The notes under the pieces are model-generated. The model was not told the origin of the DNA and searched no databases. It saw only the letters and a program-made list of their open reading frames with translations. Shown one piece after another: positions 13,320 to 26,319 of a DNA stretch of 64,000 nucleotides. Source of the DNA: Heptranchias perlo (lineage: Eukaryota); assembly GCF_035084215.1 (NCBI RefSeq), contig NW_027139442.1, forward strand, positions 5,890,001 to 5,954,000, in the 5' to 3' direction. Position numbers and translations under genes: made by a program. The first letter of the stretch is position 1. The number at the start of each line of letters is the position of its first letter.

Positions 13320-16300
13320 TAGAGGTCAGTCTCTGGTACTGGATATGAGACTGGGGTTTATTCTGTATCTGTCAGTCTCTGTAACTGAGTGTGAGCATGG
13401 GGTATATTCTGCATCCATCAGTCGCTGGTACTGTCTGTGTGTGGGATACATTCTGTATCTGCCATGCTCTGCTACTTTATCTCAGTGTGGGATTCATTCT
13501 GCAATTCAATCTCTGTGACAATGTGCATTCCATACTCTTATTTCAGTTTCCACTATTGTATTGAAACTTTAAAGTATATACATGTCTTCATCGAGCATTT
13601 AATTTGTTTACACAGATACACTTTTTGATTTTCTTTAATCAAACAACGTGTGAGAGTTTTGGAGTCATGTTACATCTTAATCTCTGAACTCTATTGTGAA
13701 TGATAATATACCTTTCAATCTGTTCACGTTGAAATTACTGGACTGGTGTGTAATGTGTAGTTCAGTCTGCAATAATGGGATTAATTCTGCATCTGAGTCT
13801 AACACTTTATGTGATTTTTGGACTGGTATGTAATATGTAGCTCATCCCGCACTAAAGGAATTGATACTGTATCTATCATTCTTATACTGTATGCAATTTT
13901 TGGACTTGAATGCAATGTATAGCTCAGGCTGCACGAATGGAATTGATACAGTGTCACATTGAAAGATTCAGTATGAGATTTTTGGACTGGTGAGTAACGT
14001 GTAGCTCAGTCTGTGCTAATGGAATTGATATTGTATCTTTGAGTCTGATACGGTATGAGATTCTTGGATTGCTATATAATGTGTGGCTCAGTTTTCACTA
14101 ATTGAATCGATTCTCTATCTTTCAGTCTAATATTGTATGAGATTGTTGGACTGATATATAATGTTCAGCTCAGGCAGTGCGAATAGAATTTAAATTGTAT
14201 CTTCCAAACTGATCATTTGTGATTTTTGGACTCGTACGTAATGTGCAGCTCAGTCTGTACCAATGGCATTGATAATGTTTATTTCAGCAAACACGAGTAT
14301 TTACCACTATATCCAATATGTAGCTCAGTCTGCACCAATAGAATTTAGACTGTATCTTTCAATCTGCCATTATGAGATATTTGGACTGGTCTGTAAAGTG
14401 TAACTCAGTCTGCAGTAATGTGACTGTGACATTCATTCTATATCTGTCGTCTCCAGTTCAGTCTGTGAGTGTGGAGATTCATTCTGTATCTGTCGGTCTC
14501 TGGTACTGTGTTTGAGTGTGGGATTAATTCTGTATCTGTCAGTCTCTGGTACTGTATGTGAGTGTGGGATTCATTCTGTATCTGCAGGTCTCTGGTGCTA
14601 TGTGTGAGTGTGGGATTTATTCTGTATCTGTCAGTCTCTGCTACATGATCTCAGTGTGGGATTAATTCTGTAATTCAGTCTCTGAGACAATGTGCAAGTC
14701 TGGATTCATTCTGTATTCTTATTTCAGTTTACAGTATCGTATTTGACACTGTATCTTTAATACTTTAAATTATATACAGTTCTTCGTCCAGTGTTTAATT
14801 TGTAAATATGGATACACTTTTCAATTTTCTTTAATCAAACAACGTGTGTGAGCTTTGGAGTGGGATTACATCTTAATCTCTGAACTCTATTGTGAATGAT
14901 AATGTACCTTTCAATCTGTTCGTGGTGAAATTATTGGATTGGTATGTAATGTATAGCTCAGTCAGCAATAATGGGATTAATTCTGCATCTCAATCTAATA
15001 TTGTATGAGATTTTTGAACTGGTATGTAATATGTAGCTCAGCCTGCACTAAAGGAATTGATACTGTATCTATCAGTCTGATACTGTATGAGATTTTTGGA
15101 CTGGAATGTGATGTGTAGCTCATTCTGCACAAATGGAAGTGATACTGAATCTTTCAATCTGATATTCTATGAGATTTTTGGACTCGTCATCTGTGCTAAT
15201 GGAATTGTTATTGTATCTTTGAGTCTGATAGGGTATGAGATTCTTGGACTGCTATATAATGTGTGGCTCAGTCTGCACTCATGGAATTGATACTGTTTAT
15301 TTCAGTCGAAGATTTTATGGGATTTTCAGTCTGGTATGTAATGTACAGGTCAGGCAGTGCTAATAGAATTGATACTGTATCTTCCAGTCTGATCATTTAT
15401 GAGGTTTTTGGACTGGTATATAATGTGTAGCTCAGTCTGAACCAATGATATTGATACTGTTTATTTCAGTATATTACTCTATGAGTATTTACTAATATTT
15501 CTACTATGTAGCTCAGTCTGCACTAATGGAATTCATACCGTCGCTTTCAATCTGACACTATGATATCTTTGAACTGGTATGTAAAATGTAACTCAGTCTG
15601 CAGTAGTGTGACTGTGAGATTCATTCTGTGATTGTCAGTTCCTGATACTCTATGTGAATGTGGTATTCATTCTGGATCTATCAGTCTCTGGTACTGTGTG
15701 TGTGTTTGGGATTCATTCCATATCTCTCAGTCTCTGATTTTGTATGTGTGAGCGATTCGTTCTGTTCCTGTCAGTCTCTGGTGCTATATGTGAGTGAGAC
15801 ATTCATTCTGTATCTATCAATTTCTGAACTGTATGTGAGTGATATAAATTCTGTATCTGTCAGTCTGTGCTACAGTGTGTGAGTGTGGGATTCATTTTGA
15901 ATCTGTCAGTCGCTGGTACATTGTATGAGTTTGGGATTCATTCTACATATCAGTCTCTGGCACTCTATCGGAGTGAGAGATTCATTCTTTATCTGTATCT
16001 AATTTATATCTTCATTTACAGGATGGCGTTCACATCTGTATCTTTAATACTGAAATGTATGAATAATTTTTCCCAGTTTTAATTGGTAGATAATGACATT
16101 TTAAAAAATGTAATAAGATAATGTGGGCATCTATTTTTGGAATTCTATTAAATCTACATTGGGAACACAATTGTGAATTTGTGCATCTTCCAATTGATAT
16201 GGTGACATTTTTGAACTTGTATATAATGTGTAGCTCAGTCTGCATGAATGGAATACTGTATATTTCAGTCTGAATCTGTATCAGTTTTGTTGTCGTGGTT

Positions 16301-16900
16301 TCTAATGTGCAGCTCAGTCTGCACTAATGGAATTGATACTGTATCTTTCAATCTGACACTGAGATTTTTGGACTGGAACGTAATTTATAACTCAGCCTGC
16401 ACTAATGTAGGTGACTGTGAGATTCACCTTGTATCTCTCAGTCTCTGGTACTGTGTGTGAGTGTGGGATTCATTTTGTATCTGTCAGTCTCGGGTGCTGT
16501 GAGTGAGTGTGGGATTCATTCTGTATCTGTCAGTCTCAGGTGCTGTGAGTGAGTGTGGGATTCATTCTGGATCTGTCATTCTCTGGTACTGTGTGTGAGT
16601 GTGGGATTCATTCTGTGTCTGTCAGTCTCTGCTGCTGTGTGTGAGTTTGCGATTCATACCTTATCTCTCAGTCTCTAGTGCTTTATTAGAATGTGGGATG
16701 AACTCGGTATTTGTCTGTCCTTGGTACTGTATGCCTGAGTGGGATTCATTCTGTTTCTGTCATCTCTGGTACCATACTTGAGTATGGGATTCACTCTGTG
16801 TCTGGCAACCTCTAGTACTGTATGCGAGTTTGGGATTCCTTCTGCATGTCTGTCTCTGTACTGTATCGGAGTGTGAGATTCATTCTGTTTCTGTCCATAA
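13320..16900. repeat. Composite degenerate 46-bp / 82-bp satellite blocks
   Basis: Alternating arrays of the same two units; low-complexity ORFs (WDSFCICQSL, VGFILYLSVSG). Confidence 0.85.
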
Positions 16901-18949
16901 TTATTCTCTCAGATTACATTATGATGTTCAATACTGTAGCTTTAATATGTTAATGTTTGAATAGCTTTTCTCATTATTTAATTGGTAAATATGGATACAC
17001 TTTCGGATTTGAAGCTGGAGGCTTTAATCAGATAATTTGTGTGCTTTTTGGACTACTATTAAATCTGTAAATCTGTGAGTAATATTGTGAATGGTAATTT
17101 ATCTTTCAAATTGATATGGTGACATTTCTGAATTGGTAAATAATGTGTATCTCAGTCTGTGCTAATAGAATTGATACTGTATCTTTAAATCTCATACTGT
17201 GAGTATATTATAAACTGGTATCTAATTTGTTTCTCTGGTTACACTGTCACAGCAATTCTCAATCTGATATTGTACATGAGTTTCGGCCTTCATTTTGTAT
17301 TTGAATGATACACTATTCGAATGGATACTGCATGTATTAAACTCACGTGTGTGTGAGAGTTCTGGGCTAGTATTCAATTTGAATCTCGGGATATCTGGTA
17401 TTTAATTCATGGCTAATGTTGCCCTTTTGTGAAATTGACAATCTGATAGTGTGATTTTGGGCTGGGATTTTTGAATCCACCTGTCAGCGGGACTGAGTTC
17501 GGGAGAAATGGAACAGTGTCTGCCTCACCTGCTCTGTTTGACTGTTGGATTGAAAATGTGACTCTGGAACTTGGGATCAGTGTGGGACTGACTACTTCTG
17601 CTGTGTGGGACTGTGGAACTGATGACCTGTCTGTGTCTCTGTGCTCTGAGAGTGAGAATATACCTACTGTGTGTGAGAAGCAGCTGGCTGCACTGTTCCT
17701 TTGCCTCGGGTGGAGGAAATTTCATATTCATTCTGGCTCCTTCAAGTATTTGCCTGTAGAAAGAAACGTATCTCTTGTAAATCAAGAACAGGTGAGGTAG
17801 AAAATGCAGAAGTGATCAGATTAATATCTGTTAATAATAATATTGAATAACCACAAATGAAAATCAGCGATACAAACAGTATCAGTGTCTGACTCCACTG
17901 CAGTACAGCAGCACTCAGCTTCTGCACACCAGGTGTGTTGGGCTGTTTTACAACAGTTTAGTGACATTCAGACAAAATCCAACCCCTGGACTGATCCATG
18001 AATGGGACTACCCGATGGGGCGGGGAGCTTTGCACATATCAGATTTCTAATCCCCTCTTCCATGGGACTAACCGTTCAACCGAAACAAAACAGCCACTGT
18101 TTAAAATGAGTCCTTCAAACTTCTCACCTGATGCCTGCAATAGATACTCTTTGTATAACTCCCCACATCCTTACTGTCCGGCTCTGTTTACTCTTCAATA
18201 ACAAACACTAAAGTTTAATGGTCAGGTTTTAAAAAATCAGATTTAATACCTGCCACCATTCACAAACACGCTCACACTGCACATTGTCCGGTTTCAGCAA
18301 TTTGTTCCGAACTGTTGCAGTTCTGCTTCCGGCCAGTAGATATCCCCAAACCCCGCGTCATTGAAGTTTGCAGATGAGAGAGGGACAGAAGATAAACTCA
18401 TTCTTCACATTATATTGTACGGGTGGGATTTAGAAAAACTGGGAATGGAGAACATTTTTTCGATAAAACATTGGTTGTAATGCTGTATTAAATGATTGTA
18501 ATTAATTTAGGGGGTGTAGTCAATACTGAGGAAGACTACGACAAAATAAGCTTGCAGAACGGCCGTGTAAATGGCCATTGAATTTCAATATAGAAAGGTG
18601 TGAGCTGGTGCATTTTGCCAGGGGGAATAAGGAGGCCACATACTGCTTGGAAAATAAGTGTCTCAATGGGGTAAAGGAGCAATGCAAATCGTGTCCTGAG
18701 AAATCAGAGAGAAATACTGCGCAATGTACAGTGAAATATAATGGGGCAAATTCACAACTATCGAATGAGTGAAACAAAAAATTTATTATGAAACAATTGT
18801 CATCATTTTTCAATAACAAAACGAGCAAAAATACGGGAGTAGAAGTTACAGACAGAACCTTTCCTCACGTTGCACATTGTCCGATTTCTGTAACCACGAC
18901 ATAAAATGTGAATTTGTTCCGCTCTTTTACAGTTCTCGCTTACGTCCAG

Positions 18950-21780
18950 CAGAAGTCAGTCTCCAGTACTGTGTGTGAGAGCGGGGTTTACTCTGCATGT
19001 CAATATCTGATACTGTGTGAGTGTGGGATTCATTCTGTATCTGCCAGTCTCTGGTACTGAGTGTGAGCATGGTGTTAATTCTGTATCTCTCAGTCTCTGG
19101 CACTACATATGAGTTTGAGATCATTCTGTATCTGCAAGTCTGTGGCACTGTATATGAGAGTGGGATTAATTCTGTATCTGCCAGTCTCAGGTACTGTGTA
19201 TAAGTGTGGAATTAACTCTGTATCTTTCAGTATCTGGTACTGTGTGTGAGTATGGGATTCATTCAATATCTGTTAGTCCCTGGTATTTTGTGTGAATGTG
19301 CGTTTCATTCTGTTTCCGTCAGTGTCAGGTGCTATATGTGAGGGAGACTTTCATTCTGCATCTCTCAATTTCTGGTACTGTTTGTGAGTGATATAAATTT
19401 TGTCTCTGTCAGTCTGTGCTACAGTGTGTGAGTTTAGGATTCATTCTGTATCTGTCAGTCTCTGGTACCGTGGGAGTGTGTGATTCATTCTAAGTCTGTC
19501 AGTCCCTTGTAATGTGTGTGAGTGTGGGATTCATTCTGTATCTGTCAGTCCCTTGTAATGTTTGTGAGTGTAGGATTCATTCTGTATCTGTCAGCCCCTT
19601 GTAATGTATGTGAGTGTAGGATTCATTCTGTATCTGTCAGTCACTGTTACATTGTTTGAGTGCTGTTTTCAATTTGCATGTCAGTCTCTGGCCCTCTATC
19701 TGAGTGTGAGATTCATTCTTTATCTGTATGTAATTTGTGTCTCTGTTTACAGTATGGTGTTCAAAACTCTCTCATTAATACCTCAATGTATCAATAATTT
19801 TTCCCAGTGTTTAATTGGTACATAATGATACATTTTAAAATATAATGTTTTCGGTTATAATCAGAGAATGTGGGCACTTTTTGGACTTCTATTAAATCTG
19901 TATCGATGGGAAAAAAATTGTGAATTAGTTTATCTTCCAAAATGATATGGTGACATTTTTGAACTTGTATATGATGTGTAGCTCAGTCTGCTTGAAATGT
20001 ATACTGTATATTTCAGTCTGAATCTTTATCAGTTTTTTGTAGTGCTTTATAATATGTAGATCAGTCTGCACTAATGGAATTGATACTGTATCTTTCAATC
20101 TGACACTATGAGATTTTTGGACTGATGTGTAATGTGTAACTCAGACTGCATTAATGTGTGTGACTGTGAGATTCATTCTGTATCTGTCAGTCCCTCGCAC
20201 TGTCTGTGAGTGTAGGATTCATTCTATATCTGTCAGTCCCTCGTACTGTCTGTGAGTGTGGGATTCATTCTGTATCTGTCAGTCCCTAGTACTGTCTGTG
20301 CGTGTGGGATTCATTCTGTATCTGTCAGGCTCTGGTACTGTGGGTGTGTGTGATTCATTCTATATCTGTCAGTCCCTTGAACTGTGTGTGAGTGTCGGAT
20401 TAATTTGGTATCTGTCAGACACTGTTACATTGTGTGAGTGCTGGTTTCATTCTGTGTGTCACTCTCTGGCCCTCGATCTGAGTGTGAGATTCATTCCTTA
20501 TCTGTATGTAATTTGTATCTCCGTTTACAGTATGGTCTTCAAAACTTTATCTTTAATACCTCAATGAATGCATATTTTTCCCAGTGTTTAATTGGTTGAT
20601 AATGAAATGCTTTAGAATGTAGTCAGAGAATGTGGGCACTTTTTGGACTACTATTAAATCTGTATCGATGGGAACACAATTGTGAATTAATTTATCTTCC
20701 AAACTGATATGGTGACATTTTTGAACTTGTATATGATGTGTAGCTCAGTCTGCAGGAATGGAATACTGTATATTTCAGTCTGAATCTGCATCAGTTTTTG
20801 TAGTGGTATACAATGTGTAGATCAGTCTGCACTAATGGAATTGATACTGTATCTTTCAATCTGATACTTCTTGGACTGGTAAATAATGTGACTCAGCCTG
20901 CACTAATGTGTGATTCATTTTGTATCTCTCAGTATCTGGAACAGTTTGTCAGTGTGGGATTCATTCTGTATCTTGTCAGTAGTGTGTGTGAGTTTGCGAT
21001 TTAATCTATATATGCAGTCTCTGATACTGTGAGTGTGGGATTTATTCTGTCTCTTTCAGTCTCCAGTCTTGTATGTGGGTGTTGAATTCTTTCTGTATAT
21101 GCAGCCTCTCAGACTGCATGTTGGTGTGGGATGCATTCTCTATCTGTCAGTCTCTGGTACTGTGTGTGAGTGTGTGATTCATTCTGTATCTCTCAGGCTC
21201 TGGTACTGTGTGAATGTGGGAGTCATTATCTTTCTGTCAGTCTCTAGTACTTTATGAGAGTGAGTAATTAACTAGATATCTATCAGCCCTTGGTACTGTA
21301 TGCCAGTGTGGGATTCATTCGATATCTGTCATCTCTGGTACCATATGTGAGTGTCGGATTCGCTCTGTGTCTGTCAGTCTCTATTATTGTATGTGAGTTT
21401 GGGATTCCTTCTGCATCTGTCAGTCTCTGGTACTATATCTGAGTGTGAGATTCATTCTGTATCTGTATGTAATTATTCTCTCAGATTGCATTATGGCATA
21501 ACATTTTTTAGCTTTAATATCTTCATGTTTAGATCATATTTCTCATTATTTAATTGGTAAATGTGGATACACTTTAGGATTTGACACTGTAGGTTTTAAT
21601 CAGATAATTTGTGTGCTTTTTGAACTATTATTAAATCTGTATCTCTGTGAGTACTCTTGTGAAAGATAATGTATCTTTCAAATTGATATGGTGACACTTT
21701 TCAAATGGCGTATAATGTATAGCTCAGTCTGTACTAATAGAAGTGATACTGTATCTTTACATCTCACAATATGATTCCAT
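18950..21780. repeat. Composite degenerate 46-bp / 82-bp satellite blocks
   Basis: Same units; internal duplication 19600-20160 vs 20380-20900. Confidence 0.85.
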
Positions 21781-23269
21781 TATAAACTGATATCTAATTT
21801 GTTTCTCAGATTACACTCTCACAGCATTTTTAATCTGATACTGTACATGAGTTTTGGACTCGTATGCAATTTGTATCACATGATACATGCAATATCCATT
21901 CGCATAGTGTATAAACTCACATGTGTGTGAGAGTTCTGGGCGAGTAATCAATTGGAATCTCAGGGTACATTATTGGGATTCATTCTGCACCTTTAAATCG
22001 GGTACCATGTGTGATTTCGATCTGGTATTTAATTCGTAGCTAATGTTGCCCTATTGTGAGATTGACACAGTGCCTTTCAATCTGATAGTGTGATCTTGGA
22101 CTGGGATTTTTGTATCTACCTGTCAGCGGGACTCAGCTCGGGGGAAATGGAACAGTGTCTGCCTCACCTGCTCTGTTTGACTGTTGGATTGAAAATGTGT
22201 CTCTGGATCTTGGGATCAGTGTGGGACTGACGACTTCTGCTGTCTGAGACTGTGGAACTGATGACCTGTCTGTGTCTCTGTGCGCTGTGTGTGATAATGT
22301 ACTCACTGTGTGAGAGAAGGAGCTGGCTGCACTGTTCCTTGTGCCTCAAGTGGAGGAAACATAACACTGATTCTGGGTCCATCAAGGATTTGCCTGCAGG
22401 AAGAAATTTATCTCTTGTAACTCAAGAACCAGTGAGGTAGAAAATACAAAAGTGTTCGAATTAATATCCATATCAATTATTATTTTGAATATCCACAAAT
22501 GAGAACCAGTAATACAAACAGTGTCAGTGTCTGACTCCACTGCAGTACTGCAGCACTCAGCTTCTGCACACCAGGTGTGTTGGGCAATTTTACAACGATT
22601 TAGTGACATCCAGACACAACCCAACCTCTGCACTGATCCATGAATGGGACGACCCGATGGGGCGGGGACCTTTGCACACGTCAGGTTTCTAATCCCCTCT
22701 CCCATGGGACTAACCGTTCAACCGAAATCAAACAGCCGCTGTTTAAAATGTGTCCTTCACACTTCTCACCTGGTGCCTGCAATAGATGCTCTTTGTATAA
22801 CTCCCCACATCCTTACTGTCCGGATCTGTTTCCACTCTTCACTGTCCAATAACAATAAACAGGGTGAGACTGGAACTAAACCAGGAACATTCACTACTGG
22901 TTTGGGGAGAGAAAGCAGCAATGATTTTAAATAGCAGGTTCTTCCCATTCTCTCTCCGTTCGCCTGGACACACCCTGTACACCCACAGCCCGAGAATGAC
23001 CTCTCCCTTCCCCCTCTTACTCCATGTTCCGGGACCAGTTCCTGATCCACTCCGCCTCTTACAAACAGCCCCCGGACTCCCCCTGACCTTCCCCCGGACT
23101 CAATGCCGATCTCTGAGCCCATCTGCGGACACGGCCCCGAAGCGATGAGCTGCTGTAACGAGGCTGCTCTTTGCTCCCTTCCCCCGGGGGCCGTGATCTC
23201 TCCATTCCCGGCTGTTTTCAACCATCTTATTCCGCTCACTGAGGGAATGGCGCCCACAGGCCGAGCTGG

Positions 23270-23345
23270 GGGAGGGGAGCGCGCATGCGCTCTTCCGCTC
23301 ACCAACAACCAGTGCTGGGGGCGGGGCTGAGTCGCGCATGCGCAG
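23270..23345. promoter_or_regulatory. Promoter-like cluster: two NRF1-type GCGCATGCGC, ETS CGGAAG, GC box
   Basis: GCGCATGCGC at 23281 and ~23333, CTTCCG, GGGGCGGGG; largely retained in both paralogs. Confidence 0.55.
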
Positions 23346-23633
23346 AAATCTGGTTTAATTCTCAATACAAAAATCGATGGAAACTTTCCCCAGTTGGAAT
23401 TTTTCAGAGTCTGAGCAAAGGAAGTGGGGCTGGGGGAAAGGTCAGAGGGAATGGGGTCCACAGGCTGTGCAGGAACAGGCACCAGAATGGGAAACAGATG
23501 GGATTCCACCTGTGCCTAACGCTGGAATCCAGACTGACTTTACAATCTCTCACTATTAAACTCGATGTTTCCATCCCTGCTGTTTCTCTCGGTATCTTTT
23601 GATGGAAAAGAGTCTTTCAGAGATAAAGTGGGC

Positions 23634-23649
23634 GGCTGTGAAATGAGCC
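23634..23649 (-). other. Orphan degenerate histone stem-loop plus HDE (paralogs 43552-43567, 60901-60916)
   Basis: Minus strand GGCTCATTTCACAGCC-GCCCAC-TTTATCTCTGAAAGACT; no histone CDS upstream. Confidence 0.7.
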
Positions 23650-23730
23650 AATTGGTTCTGTTCATTCTTGGTCCCTTTGCTGATAAAGAAACTTGTGACT
23701 CCGTAACTGGAGGCCGGATTCCTCGAGAAA

Positions 23731-23858
23731 CATTTACCTGAGGAAGGAGGAAGTCTCCGAAAGCTTGTGAATTTAAAATAAAATTGCTGGACTATAACTT
23801 GGTGTTGTAAAATTGTTTACAATTGTCAACCCCAGTCCATCACCGGCATCTCCACATC
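23731..23858 (+). mobile_element. Solo Penelope-like terminal repeat with minimal hammerhead ribozyme motif
   Basis: ATTTAC-CTGAGGA-A-GGAG(GAAGT)CTCC-GAAA-GC-TT-GTGAAT then AATAAA; absent from paralogous sites at ~43640 and ~60820. Confidence 0.75.
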
Positions 23859-25514
23859 AATCCTGGAGAAACATGGGAGGAAAATGGGAGTCGGTGTATT
23901 TGCTGGGACCGTGTAGGATTAATATTTGACGGCTACAGTCCCAGTTTATTTCAATCGGAGTGAAACTCTCGGTCGCTGAGAGAAATACAGAAGGGCCCTG
24001 AGCTGCAAAATTGCAGAGGGTACAACATGCAAGAGAGGGTTAAATGCGTGACACTGTCCCTGAGAGTGGGATTAATAATGTGTCTGTCTCTGAAATAATA
24101 TCAGTGAGAGATGAGACTGCATCTTCCGTCACTCCAGCTTGGAATGGCAATTGGAATGGAGAATTTTCCAATTTGTTACTGGGTGAAAACGGGACATTGC
24201 AGGTCAGTTTCTCTCTCTCTTATGTACAACATATGAAGGTGGAATACTGCTGCTGAGCGTGATACAGAGAGACTGATGGGAAGCGTATGGCTGATACTCT
24301 GCCTGTCTGTATCTCTCCAGCGCTTTACACGAAGGTGGGATACTGTTTGCTGAGTGTGAAACGGACACACTGAGAGGAAGTGTGAGAATGATACTTTGTC
24401 TGTGTGCCTGTCTCTGTCTGTCTCTTTATCTGTTCGTCTGTATTTCTCTCCCTCCAGCGCTGTACATGAAAGCGGGATAGTGTTATTGAGCGTAATATGA
24501 ACACCCTGTTGGAACGTAAAGACTAATTCTGTGTCTGTGAACAGACCTCCGGTGCTGTTGGTGAGACGGTCACTGTCCCTTCTATTATGTATGAGCCGGT
24601 CTGACGGTGCATTTATCAGTCTCCAGTCCAATAAGGAAAGGTGGGGAGAAACAGCCTGTAACGGCCTGACACTGGACTGCCTATGAATGTTGAATTTATT
24701 CAGCAACTGTCCGTCTCTGGGTGTTGAGAATGGGACGGATAGGACACCAGTTACTGTTGTCTGTCAGTCAGTTTAGGAGGAGGGAGAGAAAGACAGAGAG
24801 ACTGGAGGAGCCCAGAGAGGAGAATTTGTATTATCGTCTCAACCAAACATATTGCTGAGTGTGAATAATAGAATCATTTAAAACCAGATATGGATAATCA
24901 CATCCACAGCTGTGATTGGCTGCTGCCCCTGAATCTGGGGACCAGACACTGTGAGGAGCGCCGGGCTCGGAGTGTTTAACAGTTACTGAGCTGGGAAACG
25001 ACAACTCACCTCCGAGAATCTGCAGCACAGGCCGAGCGGTGAGGAAAGCCTGTCACGGGAATTGTCAATCTGGCGAACAGTTTGTCCTGTGAATGTGAAG
25101 ATGTAAACATTGTGTCAGAGAGAGTGTGTTAAAGGGGCGGATGGGTTAGATTAATGCCACTGTGTTTGTGTGGCCGGACTCATCGCCAGATTTCCGAGTC
25201 CCTTTTGAGTAAAATTTTAAAAAATCCCTGTCAAAGGATCGCCCTCCTCCCCTGCCGAGCTCCGATGTGGAAATTTAAGGTAAAGTTTCAGACCAATTCA
25301 AGATTTCAGGTGAAAAACGGAGATCATGTCAGCGATCGGGTGAGAGAGCGCGATCAGTGCAGCAATGAAACGGGTTTAAATCGAAACTGGTGCTTTTAAT
25401 TCCGGTGAAAGTTTTTCGACAGCAAACATACCGGTGTGAGATATAGGAAGGGGCTAGTCTGGGACTCTGGAGTGCCCGATTTGAATTGGAATCGGGGAGT
25501 TTCAGAGGAGAGAG

Positions 25515-25590
25515 AAACACAGAGAGGCTGGAGGGGCCGGGAGCTGACAGCAGGATGTCTCCGCCCCGTCCGCTCTGGGCATTTAAGTTG
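25515..25590 (+). promoter_or_regulatory. H1 promoter (H1 box AAACACA, GC-rich element, TATA-like ATTTAAG)
   Basis: AAACACA 25515-25521, about 150 bp upstream of the ATG. Confidence 0.65.
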
Positions 25591-25665
25591 CTCTGTGCCG
25601 CCGCCTCTCGTTTCATTTCTGACCCAGCTCTGACTGTCAGAGAGATTTTCGACAGAGTCCCGGAC

Positions 25666-26283
25666 ATGACAGACACAGCAGCCGCCGAAACGGCTCCTCC
25701 TGCCGCCGCCGCCGCTCCACCCAAGGCTCCGAAGAAGAAGAAGGCGGTTCTCCGACCCAAGACCACCGGTCCCCCGTTGGGCGAACAGATCCTCAAGATT
25801 GTGGGGGATTGCAAGGATCGCAAGGGGATATCCCTGGCCGCGATAAAGAAGGTTCTGGCTGCCAAAGGCCTGGATGTGGAGAAGCACCGGTCCCAGATTA
25901 AATTAAGTATCAAGAGAAATGTGGAAAAAGGCTCCCTGGTGCAGATCAAGGGCACGGGCGCCTCGGGCTCCTTCAGAGTCGCTAAGAAGGAAACTCAGGC
26001 AAAAGTGGGAAAGAAGGTGAAGAAACAAGTGACCAAGAAATCTCCCGGAAAGAAACCAGCGGCCAAAAAAACAGCCCTCAAGAAATTAACGGCCAAGAAA
26101 CCAGCGGTCAAGAAATCGACCACGAAAAAGGCGGCGAAATCACCAATTAAGAAGAAAGCGGCGGCTAAGAAGCCCAAGACCCCCAACCCAGTGAAGGCGA
26201 AGGCGAAGAAGGTGGAAAAACCGAGGGCCAAGCCCAAGCCGAAGTCAGCAAAGCCAAAGAAAGCAGCGGGCAAAAAGAAGTAA
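25666..26283 (+). CDS. H1: Histone H1 (205 aa)
   Basis: MTDTAAAETAPP..., globular domain (GISLAAIKK...LVQIKGTGASGSF), Lys/Ala-rich tail; ATG at 25666. Confidence 0.97.
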   Translation: MTDTAAAETAPPAAAAAPPKAPKKKKAVLRPKTTGPPLGEQILKIVGDCKDRKGISLAAIKKVLAAKGLDVEKHRSQIKLSIKRNVEKGSLVQIKGTGASGSFRVAKKETQAKVGKKVKKQVTKKSPGKKPAAKKTALKKLTAKKPAVKKSTTKKAAKSPIKKKAAAKKPKTPNPVKAKAKKVEKPRAKPKPKSAKPKKAAGKKK

Positions 26284-26319
26284 AAAATCAAGTGCAACTT
26301 GTGACCATCTGAACACAAC

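Larger units (their letters stand above)
22060..24130. repeat. Triplicated GC-rich module (paralogs ~42030-43940 direct, ~60540-62420 inverted)
   Basis: Clearly alignable by eye across all three copies; left half also at ~10860-12570, 17440-18210, 35940-36700. Confidence 0.92.

Noticed and set aside
22770-22841. KRAB-A-like fragments (SEEWKQ and GELYKE) in the 72-bp exon-like segment
   Set aside because: The motifs are in different frames and the spacing (31 nt) does not match KRAB-A; would need an HMM hit to revive
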